Shown in pieces: positions 1 to 9,588 of a stretch of 64,000 bases of DNA (positions within the stretch are counted from its first letter, which is position 1; every line of letters starts with the position of its first letter). The translations under genes were made by a program, and so were the position numbers. This stretch comes from Deltaproteobacteria bacterium (GTDB lineage Bacteria > Desulfobacterota > JAFDED01): positions 3,346 through 67,345 of the forward strand of contig JAFDED010000013.1 in the NCBI GenBank assembly GCA_019310535.1. Reading direction: 5' to 3'. Under the pieces are notes generated by a model, which was given only the letters and a program-made list of their open reading frames with translations, searched no databases and was not told the origin of the DNA.

Positions 1-55
1 TAAAAGGGCGCCCCTGACCACCAAGTAAAAATTCCTGCCAATAGTGGTTACAGGT

Positions 56-382
56 TTATAGTGCTTTGTTTATAAGCTGTTCGATCTTGGCCCGGGGAAC
101 GGCTCCCACTTCCCGGTCAACTTCTTGTCCATCTTTAAAAATGATCAGCGTTGGAATTCCCCGGATTCCATATTTCGCAGGAATCGAGGGATTTTCATCC
201 ACGTTGCACTTGGCCACATTGACGCGGCCATCGAAATCATTCGCCAGTTCTTCTACCACGGGGCTTACCACGCGGCAAGGACCGCACCATGGGGCCCAAA
301 AATCAACCAAAATAGGCAGGGGCGATTTCAATACCTTTTCTTCAAAATCAGAATCCGCCACCGCAATAGCTTTTTCGCTCAT
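56..382 (-). CDS. trxA: thioredoxin
   Basis: 108-aa ORF with the canonical WCGPC redox motif and thioredoxin-fold sequence throughout (DFWAPWCGPCR ... GIRGIPTLIIFKDG). Confidence 0.95.
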   Translation of the reverse strand: MSEKAIAVADSDFEEKVLKSPLPILVDFWAPWCGPCRVVSPVVEELANDFDGRVNVAKCNVDENPSIPAKYGIRGIPTLIIFKDGQEVDREVGAVPRAKIEQLINKAL

Positions 383-462
383 GGAAACTCCTTTCTTGTA
401 TCTTTTAGTGAACTGTTTTTTTTAATATAACCACTGCTCAATAAAAAATCAACTTGCTTGCC

Positions 463-1827
463 ATGGCTCGCGATAAAAGTATGTTTGTGTGCCACCAATG
501 CGGGACTCAGCAGCCGCGATGGATGGGTCGCTGTCCCGATTGCGGGGAGTGGAATTCCCTGGTTGAGGAGCGGATGACCACAATTTCCCCCGATACGCAC
601 AACATTACGGGGAGTGGACCTGTTCCGCTCACAGCGGTTGAAGGGGCCGATGCAGACCGCTACTTGACGGGCATCAGCGAGTTCGACCGGGTACTGGGCG
701 GCGGCCTTGTTCTCGGCTCCCTGGTTCTCATCGGGGGCGATCCGGGCATCGGAAAATCCACTCTCCTCATCCAGGCGTCGGACCTGCTGGGACGCGACGG
801 AAAAACCGTGCTGTACACATCGGGCGAAGAGTCAGCACGGCAGATCAGGATGCGGGCAGACCGGCTGGGGTTGGGATCGGATCGTGTCTTCGTGCTGGCT
901 GAGAATTCCATGGAGAAAATCATGGGGGCAGTGGCCCAGGTCAAACCTGACGCGGTGGTCGTGGATTCCATCCAGTCGGTTTATACCGAGGCACTTGAGG
1001 CCGCACCGGGAAGCCTTTCACAAATCAGGGATACGGCCGCTCGGTTCATGACCCTGGCCAAAGGGCATGGAATACCGGTGTTTTTGGTGGGGCACGTGAC
1101 CAAGGAGGGTTTTATTGCGGGGCCAAAGGCCCTGGAGCACATGGTAGATACCGTGTTGTATTTCGAGGGGGAAAGAGGCCAGCCTTTTCGCATCCTCCGG
1201 GCGGTGAAAAACCGTTTCGGCTCCACCAACGAAATAGCTGTTTTCGAGATGAAGGATAGTGGTTTAGTAGAGGTGACCAACCCTTCGGAGCTGTTCCTTT
1301 CCCACCGCGGGGCCAGAGCTTCGGGTTCCGTGGTTGTGCCCTGCATGGAAGGGACACGCCCCATTCTGGTGGAACTTCAAGCCCTCGTCAGCCCTTCGAG
1401 TTTCGGCATGCCGCGAAGGACATGCATGGGCGTTGATCCCAACAGGGTCTCCCTCCTGGCCGCTGTTCTGGAAAAGCGGGTGGGGTATACCATGTCCGGC
1501 CACGACCTGTACCTCAATGTGACCGGTGGCATGCGCGTGGATGAGCCGGCGGTGGACCTGGGCGTGGTTGCGGCCATGGTTTCCAGCTTGCTGGATCACC
1601 CGCTGGATATGGGCCTTGTTGTGTTCGGAGAAGTGGGACTATCGGGCGAAATTCGAGGAACGGGCCAGGGAGATCTCCGCATCAGGGAGGCTGCAAAGAT
1701 GGGCTTCAGCACTTGCCTGCTTCCAGCCAAAACAGCACACCTCCTGGCTGGTTCGGAATCAATGACCTTGCTGGAAGCGGAAAGCATCCCACAGGCCCTG
1801 GATGCGCTCTTTCCCGCGGCGCGGTGA
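463..1827 (+). CDS. radA: DNA repair protein RadA (Sms)
   Basis: N-terminal zinc ribbon (CHQCG...CPDCGEW), Walker A GDPGIGKST, the KNRFG motif and a Lon-like C-terminal domain. The ORF opens at TTG 454; ATG 463 (MARDKSMFVC) is the more likely start. Confidence 0.95.
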   Translation: MARDKSMFVCHQCGTQQPRWMGRCPDCGEWNSLVEERMTTISPDTHNITGSGPVPLTAVEGADADRYLTGISEFDRVLGGGLVLGSLVLIGGDPGIGKSTLLIQASDLLGRDGKTVLYTSGEESARQIRMRADRLGLGSDRVFVLAENSMEKIMGAVAQVKPDAVVVDSIQSVYTEALEAAPGSLSQIRDTAARFMTLAKGHGIPVFLVGHVTKEGFIAGPKALEHMVDTVLYFEGERGQPFRILRAVKNRFGSTNEIAVFEMKDSGLVEVTNPSELFLSHRGARASGSVVVPCMEGTRPILVELQALVSPSSFGMPRRTCMGVDPNRVSLLAAVLEKRVGYTMSGHDLYLNVTGGMRVDEPAVDLGVVAAMVSSLLDHPLDMGLVVFGEVGLSGEIRGTGQGDLRIREAAKMGFSTCLLPAKTAHLLAGSESMTLLEAESIPQALDALFPAAR

Positions 1828-1938
1828 GGGATTTGCAAACCGCTGTTCAGCCTCCGAAAAGCATTTTCCACTTATAGCTGCGCATCAAGTTACTGAAAGG
1901 CGCGCAACGTATTACAAATAATCGGAGAACTTCCCAAC

Positions 1939-3162
1939 ATGACAATTCCAGGCCGTCGGTTAATCAGATTGATGATAGTGCTTTTGCTCTGGCTCTTCTC
2001 GGCCTCCTGTGCTTCTGCCATCAAGAGCGAGCCGCTTTTCGGCCTTCAGCGGGTTTATCGCTTGGCAGCAGTCCAGGTGACATGGATGCCCGAAACGGAT
2101 TACGCCCAGCTTGATCGGACATTTGATTTGTTGCGCCGAGCTGGCGTCAACACATTGATTTTCCGCGTATTCCAGAACCCTGGAGATCGCGTATATGGCT
2201 TTGCCAGGCCAAAGTCTGATGCGGGTGTATATTTCAAGACCAACCGCGCCCCTCTGGTGGACGATGTACTGAAAAGGGTCGCGGATATAGCACACCGCCG
2301 GGGACTGATGATCTTCGCATGGATGACGACACGTCAGGCGGGCTTTGATCTGGAGAAGATTCCTCAATACCGGTGTCGTCGCTATAACTTTCAACGCGGA
2401 GCAATAGAGGATGCCCCGGGGATTTCCATTTTCCATCCCGAGGTGAGGAATCATCTTCTGGCTCTTTACAGGGATCTGGCCAGGTATCCCATCGATGGAA
2501 TCCTGCTGCAAGACGACCTGATACTGCGTCATAACGAAGATTTCAGCGACGCGGCCCGTGCGGCATACCGCAAGGACACCGGCCGCGATTTGAATCCAAT
2601 GAGGATGTATAGTGGATTCAGCGTGGATGAGAAGGGCAGATACAGGGTTACCGGCTATACAAGGGAGTTCTGGACGTGGGCACTGTGGAAAGCCCGCATG
2701 ATTGTGCGCCTGGCCGGGGACATCGGCTTTGCCGCCCGGCGGGAGAACCACAATCTACGCGTGGCCATGAATTTGATGTATGAGGCCGCCGCCTTTCCGG
2801 AAAAGGGGCTGTGCTGGTTGAGCCAGAGCTTGCCGGATGCGGTCTCCATCGGGTTTGATTATTACGCCATCATGGCGTATCATAGACAAATGGAAAGGGA
2901 GCTCCGAAAGTCTCCCCAAGAGGTCCGGGCCATTGTGAGCCAAATGGCTCGGTCCTCCACCGCCCTGGTCAGCCGTCCGGCCCAGATATTGATGAAGCTG
3001 CAAACCATAGCATGGAAGACCGGAGAACCCATCCCTCCCCATGAACTTGAAATGGTCTCCCACGCCGCGCTGTCCGCGGGCCCGGTGAGCCTGGCACTGG
3101 TTCCCTATGGGGACCACCTGGACCCGGCATTGATCTCGACGATTCTGGAAGATCTGAATTGA
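1939..3162 (+). CDS. putative lipoprotein, PgaB C-terminal-like / glycosyl-hydrolase-like (GHL13) domain
   Basis: Signal peptide with lipobox (LLWLFSASC). The core VYFKTNRAPLVDDVLKRVADIAHRRGLMIFAWM ... DGILLQDDL resembles my recollection of the PgaB C-terminal TIM-barrel family. The family assignment is from memory only. Confidence 0.5.
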   Translation: MTIPGRRLIRLMIVLLLWLFSASCASAIKSEPLFGLQRVYRLAAVQVTWMPETDYAQLDRTFDLLRRAGVNTLIFRVFQNPGDRVYGFARPKSDAGVYFKTNRAPLVDDVLKRVADIAHRRGLMIFAWMTTRQAGFDLEKIPQYRCRRYNFQRGAIEDAPGISIFHPEVRNHLLALYRDLARYPIDGILLQDDLILRHNEDFSDAARAAYRKDTGRDLNPMRMYSGFSVDEKGRYRVTGYTREFWTWALWKARMIVRLAGDIGFAARRENHNLRVAMNLMYEAAAFPEKGLCWLSQSLPDAVSIGFDYYAIMAYHRQMERELRKSPQEVRAIVSQMARSSTALVSRPAQILMKLQTIAWKTGEPIPPHELEMVSHAALSAGPVSLALVPYGDHLDPALISTILEDLN

Positions 3163-3186
3163 GCGTAGCTGTTGTGCGCGGTTGTC

Positions 3187-3717
3187 CTATCGTCCGCCGA
3201 ACCGATCCAGGATTGTTCGAATAATTTGGGTGGTGGACGCGCCGGGGACAGGGTCAAAGCGGATTACACGGCCACCCTGAGCCTCGACCAGATCGCGCCC
3301 GATGATCTGATCCTCAGCCCAGTCTCCGCCTTTGACCAGAATGTGGGGACGAAGCTCTGCAATGAGCCTGTGCGGGTCCGCCTCCTGGAATATGACCACA
3401 TAGTCCACAACTTCCAGGGCCGCCAGAACCTCGGCACGTAGCGTATGGGGCACGAGGGGGCGCTCCTTGCCTTTGATGGAACGCACCGAATCGTCGCTGT
3501 TGATGCCCACCACCAGAAGGTCTCCTTGTCCGCGGGCAAAAGAGAGTGTCCGAACATGACCCACGTGGAGCAAATCAAAACAACCGTTAGTGAAGACTAT
3601 AGTTTTGCCCCGGTCTCTTTCCCGCTCAAGGATATGCCTGAGTTTTGAGCGATTCTTAATCTTGTCCCCCGCTTGTCGAGGGCCCTCGTTTCGGCGGGTA
3701 ACCATGGGCGCAAGCAT
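3187..3717 (-). CDS. hldC: D-glycero-beta-D-manno-heptose 1-phosphate adenylyltransferase (RfaE domain II-type cytidylyltransferase)
   Basis: [13 protein letters not shown] nucleotidyltransferase motif, then [20 protein letters not shown] ... LVKGGDW ... STTQII. This is collinear with the stand-alone RfaE/HldE C-terminal domain. Confidence 0.8.
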   Translation of the reverse strand: MLAPMVTRRNEGPRQAGDKIKNRSKLRHILERERDRGKTIVFTNGCFDLLHVGHVRTLSFARGQGDLLVVGINSDDSVRSIKGKERPLVPHTLRAEVLAALEVVDYVVIFQEADPHRLIAELRPHILVKGGDWAEDQIIGRDLVEAQGGRVIRFDPVPGASTTQIIRTILDRFGGR

Positions 3718-4171
3718 GACACTATCGTTCCACTTTTGTCAAGGGGCTTTTGTTCAAGGAGTTGGTAGCATTTCAAGATGTCCGGTTCCATTTACAAATA
3801 AAATATCCGGTTTTTGTATTGAGCTTTATCATACGAAGAATCCGTGATACGTGATGTAAATATCTTTTTCACTTCCGGATAATTTTATGCCGTTGCTACG
3901 CTTTGTTATGCATTAAAGTGATTTCCTGGTGATAACTCCCGGCTTCCGCCCCCATCTTTCCATCGAAAAGGTGACTGCTTGACGGCGCTGATGATGACTA
4001 TCCAGAGCAAGGAGATTAACTGAATACGGACTGATAGGGCAAATCTTTCAAAGGCTTCGATGACTTCAGGAAAAATTTTTAAGTGTAAGGCAGGATTTTC
4101 CTTGATTTTTCGTGTAATATAGGCGATAAAACAAGAACCGGGCTTAATAAGAGTACGGAAGCGAGAGCGAT

Positions 4172-4786
4172 ATGACAAAACTGTTGATTTTCGATTTCGA
4201 TGGTGTCATCGTGGATTCCCTAGCGTTTTATTTCGAAGCCTGGAGCCGCGCTATGAAGGCGTTTGGCCGGGAGGATCTGGCCGAACGAGAGGCATTTTTA
4301 TCCTTGCTGGACGGCAATTTATACGAGTCCATGAGCCGCCAGGGGATCCCCTTCCGGGCCTTCCCCGAACTCAGCAATCGAATCCAGTCAGCACTGAGGA
4401 TAAACCGCATAGTTCCTTTTCCAGGAATCCCCGAAGCCATTCAATCATTATCGCGCAATAAGTCTCTGGCCCTTGTCTCATCCAACAACTCATCCATGAT
4501 TAAAAGTCTCCTGGAACGCCACGGCATGTCGGATATTTTCGATCCCATTCTCGGCGCCGATACAGAACGGCTGAAAGGGCACAAAATCGATCTTGCCTTG
4601 GAGGCGCACAACGTGCCGGCTGTGGATAGTTTTTACATTTGCGACACGGTGGGTGACATTCGGGAAGCCCGCAGCGTGGACATTTGTGTGGCCGCCGTTA
4701 CGTGGGGATGGCACAACGCCGAGCGCCTTGCACGCGCAAAACCTGACCGAATTCTCCATTGCCCGCAGGAACTCATGGAGTTATAA
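4172..4786 (+). CDS. HAD-superfamily hydrolase (phosphoglycolate phosphatase-like)
   Basis: HAD motif I (FDFDGVIVDS), motif II (LVSSN) and motif IV (ICDTVGDI). 204 aa. Confidence 0.8.
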   Translation: MTKLLIFDFDGVIVDSLAFYFEAWSRAMKAFGREDLAEREAFLSLLDGNLYESMSRQGIPFRAFPELSNRIQSALRINRIVPFPGIPEAIQSLSRNKSLALVSSNNSSMIKSLLERHGMSDIFDPILGADTERLKGHKIDLALEAHNVPAVDSFYICDTVGDIREARSVDICVAAVTWGWHNAERLARAKPDRILHCPQELMEL

Positions 4787-4898
4787 TCAATTTTGAAGTT
4801 TTGGCAGGATAACAGGATGGACCGGATTTATTAATTCGGTTTATATCATGCGTATCCGGTTATCATGGCGGAGAATTTTTTTCAATTAAGGAACCAGA

Positions 4899-5273
4899 AT
4901 GTGGGTTCGTCATCTCCGGGATTGTCCCGTTCTCCAGGCGGGGGATGGAACCGCGCTGCGTGAACTGCTTCATCCTCATCGGCCCGAGGCCGGGGAAATC
5001 CCCGTGGGGTTCAGCCTGGCCCACGCCCGGCTGGCACCGGGAGGATGTTCTCGGCCCCATCGGTTGCTCCAGTCCTCTGAAGTTTATTATATCCTGGAAG
5101 GCCGAGGGATAATGCACGTGGAGAACCAGCAGTACAACGTGGAACCCGGGCACGCCGTTTATATTCCCCCCGGCGCTCTTCAATGGATTGAGAATATCGG
5201 CAGTGGGGATCTGGGGTTTTTGGCCTTGGTGGACCCTCCATGGCGGCAAGAGGATGAAAAAATTCCAGGATAA
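4899..5273 (+). CDS. cupin domain protein
   Basis: 124-aa ORF with the cupin_2 pattern (PHRLLQSSEVYYILEGRG ... PGHAVYIPPGALQWIENIG). Confidence 0.7.
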   Translation: MWVRHLRDCPVLQAGDGTALRELLHPHRPEAGEIPVGFSLAHARLAPGGCSRPHRLLQSSEVYYILEGRGIMHVENQQYNVEPGHAVYIPPGALQWIENIGSGDLGFLALVDPPWRQEDEKIPG

Positions 5274-5486
5274 GCGGGAGATGGAGTAGCGCCATTTCCT
5301 GTTTTATTGAACAGCGAAAGAAAATCCCTCACATCCCCGGGGGAAAAGATCGAATAGATATCAAGCCACGCCGGAGAAACTCTTCTAGATTTGCAATATT
5401 GAAACACCGGAGAAGCTTACCCACCGAAAAAGAACGGGCACCACTCTCAAGCTTTGCGCACATCCACCGCCGCACAAAACAATAAC

Positions 5487-7484
5487 TCAAGTACTGCCGT
5501 TAGCTGTGTCCTTTTGCAGGGCCAACTCAATCTCTGTCTTTGTCACCAAGGGGCCCTGGAGCCTTTGAATCGGAACACTGCCCCCAATAATCATGTCGCC
5601 GTGGCCGATAAGATATTCGGCCCCGGTCTGGTCTAAGATAATAGAGCTGTTGCTTGCGGTGGTTACTTTGAGCGCCACTTTTAGCTGCAGGTTTGCCTTG
5701 ATGATAGGTGTCACCACCCTGGCATCAGGCCTCTGGGTGGCGAGGATAAGATGTATGCCCGCCGCCCGTCCCTTTTGTCCGAGACGCTGGATGGATAACT
5801 CCAGTTTCTCCCTGGTAGTTTTGCCACTGATAAGATCGGCGTATTCATCGATCATGACCACCTGGCGGCTCAAGGTTTCGGCACGCTGATTATAGGCGCT
5901 GATATCGGGCGCTCTCATTTTTTCAAACAATCGATACCGTTTCTCCATCTCATCGACGAGTTGAGAGAGTTTTTCCATTGCGGGGTCATTGTCCATCAGC
6001 ACCGGGCCTGACAGATGCGGTAACGACGTGAGATCAGTAAAGGTGATACGTTTGGAGTCAATCAGTGTGATCCGGACGTCTTCAGGTTTTGCGTTAAGGG
6101 CCAGACCAATGGCCGCAGACCTGAGAAAAACACTTTTCCCGCTTCCTGCTGTGCCTCCCACCAGCATGCTCGTCATTGTCGGATCGCTCAGATCGGCCCA
6201 GACAATCGAGCCGTCAATTGACATGCCAATGGGAAACGCAACCTTGGAGTGGGGCCTGTTTCGCTGTCCTTTTCGCCAGACTTCTCCCAATGTCAACGGA
6301 ATCCTGACCTTCCGCGGAACATCAACGCTGACGTAGCCTGCTTGAGGCTGAATTAATGGAGCAACGTGCAACCTCAACGCCACCTGCAGGTTTTCTGCCT
6401 GATTCATTAATTTCCTGACGGTAACACCTTGATCGAGCAGGGGTTTTATCTTTAATCGAATAAATCTCGGCCCGGCTGTATACCCGGAGGGCTCAACGGG
6501 CAACCTCAGGGCTTGGAGGGCATTAACAAGAGAAGCCATGCCTTTTTCTGCTTCTTTAAACGCCTCTTTTGTTTCATGATCGGGCGTGGTTGAGATTTCC
6601 TGGATGCGGGGGCCCCACTCCCCATCGCATTGCGGATCAAAGGGACAAACAGCGCATAGTTGCAAATCAGGAGCGGGCGGCAACGATTTTTTTTGTTTTT
6701 TGGAAACAGCCTCCATGACATCGATGACCCGGCGAAAAAGGTCAGGGAGATTTTGCATGGCACAAGTGATATCTTCCGACGAATAGCGGACTTCGGGTTC
6801 TTCTTCCTCCAGGTAAAAGATCACCCCGCGCGGGGTAATGCCGGTTTTTGTTTTGATCAACCAGCAGTAAAGCACAATCTGCAAAAAATCCTCCTCCGCA
6901 TAACCCGCCTTACGCCCTTTGAATTCCATAACAACCGCCTCACCCGATGCCGCATCAAACAGCAGCGCGTCGTACTTGCCAATGACACGAAACGTCTCAC
7001 CGTCTCCCAGATCGTACACGCTCTTGATTAATTCTTCAGGGTTGTGAAATGTTTTTGCCGGCAAAGTATCGATGTCACCCCTTTGCTCCAGTAAAGCCTT
7101 GCGTAGAAATTGAGCAAGGTGCCGATTCCACAGCTCAAGAGCACGACCCAGTTGCATCACCTGGTCTGCGCTTAATTTTTTGCTCTGCCGCTTTACGACG
7201 GGTAAAAAGAAGTGTTCCTCCAGCAGAGCCAGCAGACCCATTTCCAGGTTTTCTCCGGGGCCGATTAAAAGCGCCTTGAGACGTTGACGGACGGCGGGAC
7301 TGGAGCCGGAGGCCATCATCTTATGAAAGGGAGCGGCGATTTGATCATGAAATAACGTCCCGGGCAGAACGCCCGTCCCGGCAAGTCCTATTTTCCAGGC
7401 GTTTCTGCGGCCGCGCAATTGATAGGCGAGCAATCTCGGACAGCGCTGAAGCAAATGAATCTGGGAAACATTAGCTTTGTGCAT
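5487..7484 (-). CDS. Cas4/RecB-like PD-(D/E)xK Fe-S nuclease fused to an FtsK/SpoIIIE-type DNA translocase ATPase
   Basis: Residues 1-290 carry a Cas4-type motif set: C15 (LLQRCPRLL), D172 (IGKYDALLFD), E187-x-K189 (VVMEFKG), QxxxY (LQIVLY) and CX2CX5C (CAVCPFDPQC). Residues ~330-650 are a collinear FtsK motor: the beta-domain-like segment FIRLKIKP...VSVDVPRK, Walker A GGTAGSGKS (nt 6132-6158), Walker B VVMIDEYADL and LILATQRP. No TM helices and no gamma (KOPS) domain are evident. The start overlaps the upstream gene by 14 nt. Confidence 0.85.
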   Translation of the reverse strand: MHKANVSQIHLLQRCPRLLAYQLRGRRNAWKIGLAGTGVLPGTLFHDQIAAPFHKMMASGSSPAVRQRLKALLIGPGENLEMGLLALLEEHFFLPVVKRQSKKLSADQVMQLGRALELWNRHLAQFLRKALLEQRGDIDTLPAKTFHNPEELIKSVYDLGDGETFRVIGKYDALLFDAASGEAVVMEFKGRKAGYAEEDFLQIVLYCWLIKTKTGITPRGVIFYLEEEEPEVRYSSEDITCAMQNLPDLFRRVIDVMEAVSKKQKKSLPPAPDLQLCAVCPFDPQCDGEWGPRIQEISTTPDHETKEAFKEAEKGMASLVNALQALRLPVEPSGYTAGPRFIRLKIKPLLDQGVTVRKLMNQAENLQVALRLHVAPLIQPQAGYVSVDVPRKVRIPLTLGEVWRKGQRNRPHSKVAFPIGMSIDGSIVWADLSDPTMTSMLVGGTAGSGKSVFLRSAAIGLALNAKPEDVRITLIDSKRITFTDLTSLPHLSGPVLMDNDPAMEKLSQLVDEMEKRYRLFEKMRAPDISAYNQRAETLSRQVVMIDEYADLISGKTTREKLELSIQRLGQKGRAAGIHLILATQRPDARVVTPIIKANLQLKVALKVTTASNSSIILDQTGAEYLIGHGDMIIGGSVPIQRLQGPLVTKTEIELALQKDTANGST

Positions 7485-9588
7485 GAACCCAACTCTTCTT
7501 TAACATGATTAAGACCCCGTCTTTGGACGGTATGACCTCAAAACGATCCCTAAAATTGCCAATGACCGTAAGCATCCTTTCCAGGTCTATGGAAATTCCG
7601 GATTGAATCAACGATTCGACAAGCTTTTGAGAAGTTACCATCATCATGGGCACCGGGCGAAGAATCTCCACCGCCTTTTGGACAACACGGTTATCATCCA
7701 CTGAAGGGCGACTGTGCCGGAAGCTTCTCTGTCCTGTTCCGGAAGGCGTTGCCATGGCCTCATCAAGAATTTGAAATCCTGGATACCGGCCCCCGTGAAG
7801 GCCATCCCGAAGAAAGCCGGCCAGCTCATCGATAGAAACGGGCCTTATACGATTATTGGCGTCGATGATCGTTACATCGTATGAATTAACAGCGTATTTG
7901 AGTAATTCAAGGGCATACCATGTTGCGACTTGCTCATGGTCAAGAAAGATAACATGACCTCCACGTTTTTTGAAATCATGAAGTATTTTGTTTGTAGCCT
8001 GCCACCTGGGAGGGGACGGGAAGGGGCAGCGTTTATCCCTGATATAATAAGCTCTTCCGGAAGCATGGCTTTCCAGAAAGACTATGCCTCTTTTAAGAGC
8101 GGCACTCACGGACGAATGGTGTCGTTCAATATCTATAATAAAGACAGCGGGAACGGGCGGAGAACCTGAGAACTTGATCTTACATTCGAAATCAACATAT
8201 TTTTCCTTGCCCCCAGGACGTCTTAACGATTCGATTTCATATCCGCTTCTGAATGGATTGTTGGTGAGATAAAGCTCCAGAGCGCCTCGCAATCTGGCGC
8301 GATCGGGTTGATAGCGGTCAAGATCGGTCAGGATTATCTCATATTTACTTTCAAACTCATCTTTTATTTTTTCAATGGGGGAGACTGCAGCCGGGCTCTC
8401 ATCAAGTATTTGACTCAATCGTCCGTTGGCCAGCGTGATAACCATCCTTGGACTGTTAAAACTGGTTTTAAAAGTCTTAATTAAATCGTCTTTATCAAAT
8501 GGGAATAAATCGTCAGCCTGATTTTCTCCAAAGACGAATTCCAGGCGGCTCCGAATGATCTCCAGAACTTGCTCCTTAGTACATCCTTTAAGCTGAAACA
8601 TGTTTCCTTCGAGCCTTTGTATTACGTGCACGTTTAATTTCTTTTTAAACGTCTCTTCCCATTGTTGTCCTCTGAAGAAAGCAAGGGGGAGCATTGCTTT
8701 TGCTTCATTCACCAAAAATTCAACCATTTTTCCTAATGCTTTTACCTGCTCGTCCGTTACTAAATTCTCCAATTGATCGAAACAGACAATGAGTGGTTGG
8801 CCGTAACGTGCCAGCAAAAGGCCCAGGGAGATCAGTATATCGTGGGATCGTTGCTCCAGGGCAGCCGCGGAATCATGCAGGCGATCACGCACCTGGAGCA
8901 ATGCGGTGTCCTCTTCATCAAGAACAACACCTTTCAGCCAGCTCACAGCGGCAAACCTTTTCTCCCTGATGCGATATTGAAATAAAACCTTCAGAAACTC
9001 TTTGTCGATCTCGGGGAATTGTTTCATTATCAGTTCGGTGGATTTTGTTTGCATAAGATCAAATGCGTCAGGATGAATTCTTGCCCTGAAAATATATGTT
9101 GGATATTCTCGAAGTTTACCGAGGATGTTTGTAAATTTTTCATCCCTGGTAGAATTATATATTTTTTCGATTAACTCTCTGAAGATTTTACCTAACATTA
9201 CATCAAGCTGAGTGGCGTCAAAAGCCTTTTCTATGGGGCGGCAGAGATTAACCATCACTTCGCGCAGGAGATAGCGATAGGTCTGTTCAGGGTCTTCAAT
9301 AGGCTGAATATACGCGAAAGAAAAGGGAGATTTACCGTGCTTGCCGTAATCCAGTATTCTGCCGATGAGGTGTGTCTTGCCACTGCCCGCTTCTCCGAGA
9401 ACCAGTCCAGCAAAGCGGTCAGCAGGATCTCGTGTTTTTTGACCAATAAGCCGGCAGAGTCCCTCGAAAGCATGTTTATTGATTGAGGTCACATCCAGAT
9501 ATTTTCCCGCCCATGGGTCGCCAGCACTGTTAGAAGCAAAGGGATTTTTCTCCTTTAAGATATCAAGCTTTTCATGAGCTTTCATCAT
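7471..9588 (-). CDS. large P-loop NTPase (AAA/ORC-like) of unknown function
   Basis: 705-aa ORF. Walker A GEAGSGKT (nt 9373-9396) and a Walker B-like LIVCFDQLE about 195 aa downstream. The ~270-aa C-terminal region is unassigned. ATGA overlap with the upstream gene. Visibly AT-rich. Confidence 0.8.
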   Translation of the reverse strand: MMKAHEKLDILKEKNPFASNSAGDPWAGKYLDVTSINKHAFEGLCRLIGQKTRDPADRFAGLVLGEAGSGKTHLIGRILDYGKHGKSPFSFAYIQPIEDPEQTYRYLLREVMVNLCRPIEKAFDATQLDVMLGKIFRELIEKIYNSTRDEKFTNILGKLREYPTYIFRARIHPDAFDLMQTKSTELIMKQFPEIDKEFLKVLFQYRIREKRFAAVSWLKGVVLDEEDTALLQVRDRLHDSAAALEQRSHDILISLGLLLARYGQPLIVCFDQLENLVTDEQVKALGKMVEFLVNEAKAMLPLAFFRGQQWEETFKKKLNVHVIQRLEGNMFQLKGCTKEQVLEIIRSRLEFVFGENQADDLFPFDKDDLIKTFKTSFNSPRMVITLANGRLSQILDESPAAVSPIEKIKDEFESKYEIILTDLDRYQPDRARLRGALELYLTNNPFRSGYEIESLRRPGGKEKYVDFECKIKFSGSPPVPAVFIIDIERHHSSVSAALKRGIVFLESHASGRAYYIRDKRCPFPSPPRWQATNKILHDFKKRGGHVIFLDHEQVATWYALELLKYAVNSYDVTIIDANNRIRPVSIDELAGFLRDGLHGGRYPGFQILDEAMATPSGTGQRSFRHSRPSVDDNRVVQKAVEILRPVPMMMVTSQKLVESLIQSGISIDLERMLTVIGNFRDRFEVIPSKDGVLIMLKKSWVHAQS

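Noticed and set aside
3906-4178. 90-aa minus ORF in the hldC-HAD intergenic region.
   Set aside because: It overlaps the HAD gene start, has no RBS or recognisable motif, and lies in an AT-rich promoter-like region.
5180-5407. 75-aa minus ORF downstream of the FtsK-fusion gene, considered as a possible fourth operon member.
   Set aside because: It overlaps the 3' end of the cupin gene on the opposite strand, is separated from the fusion-gene stop by about 80 nt with no RBS, and has no recognisable features.
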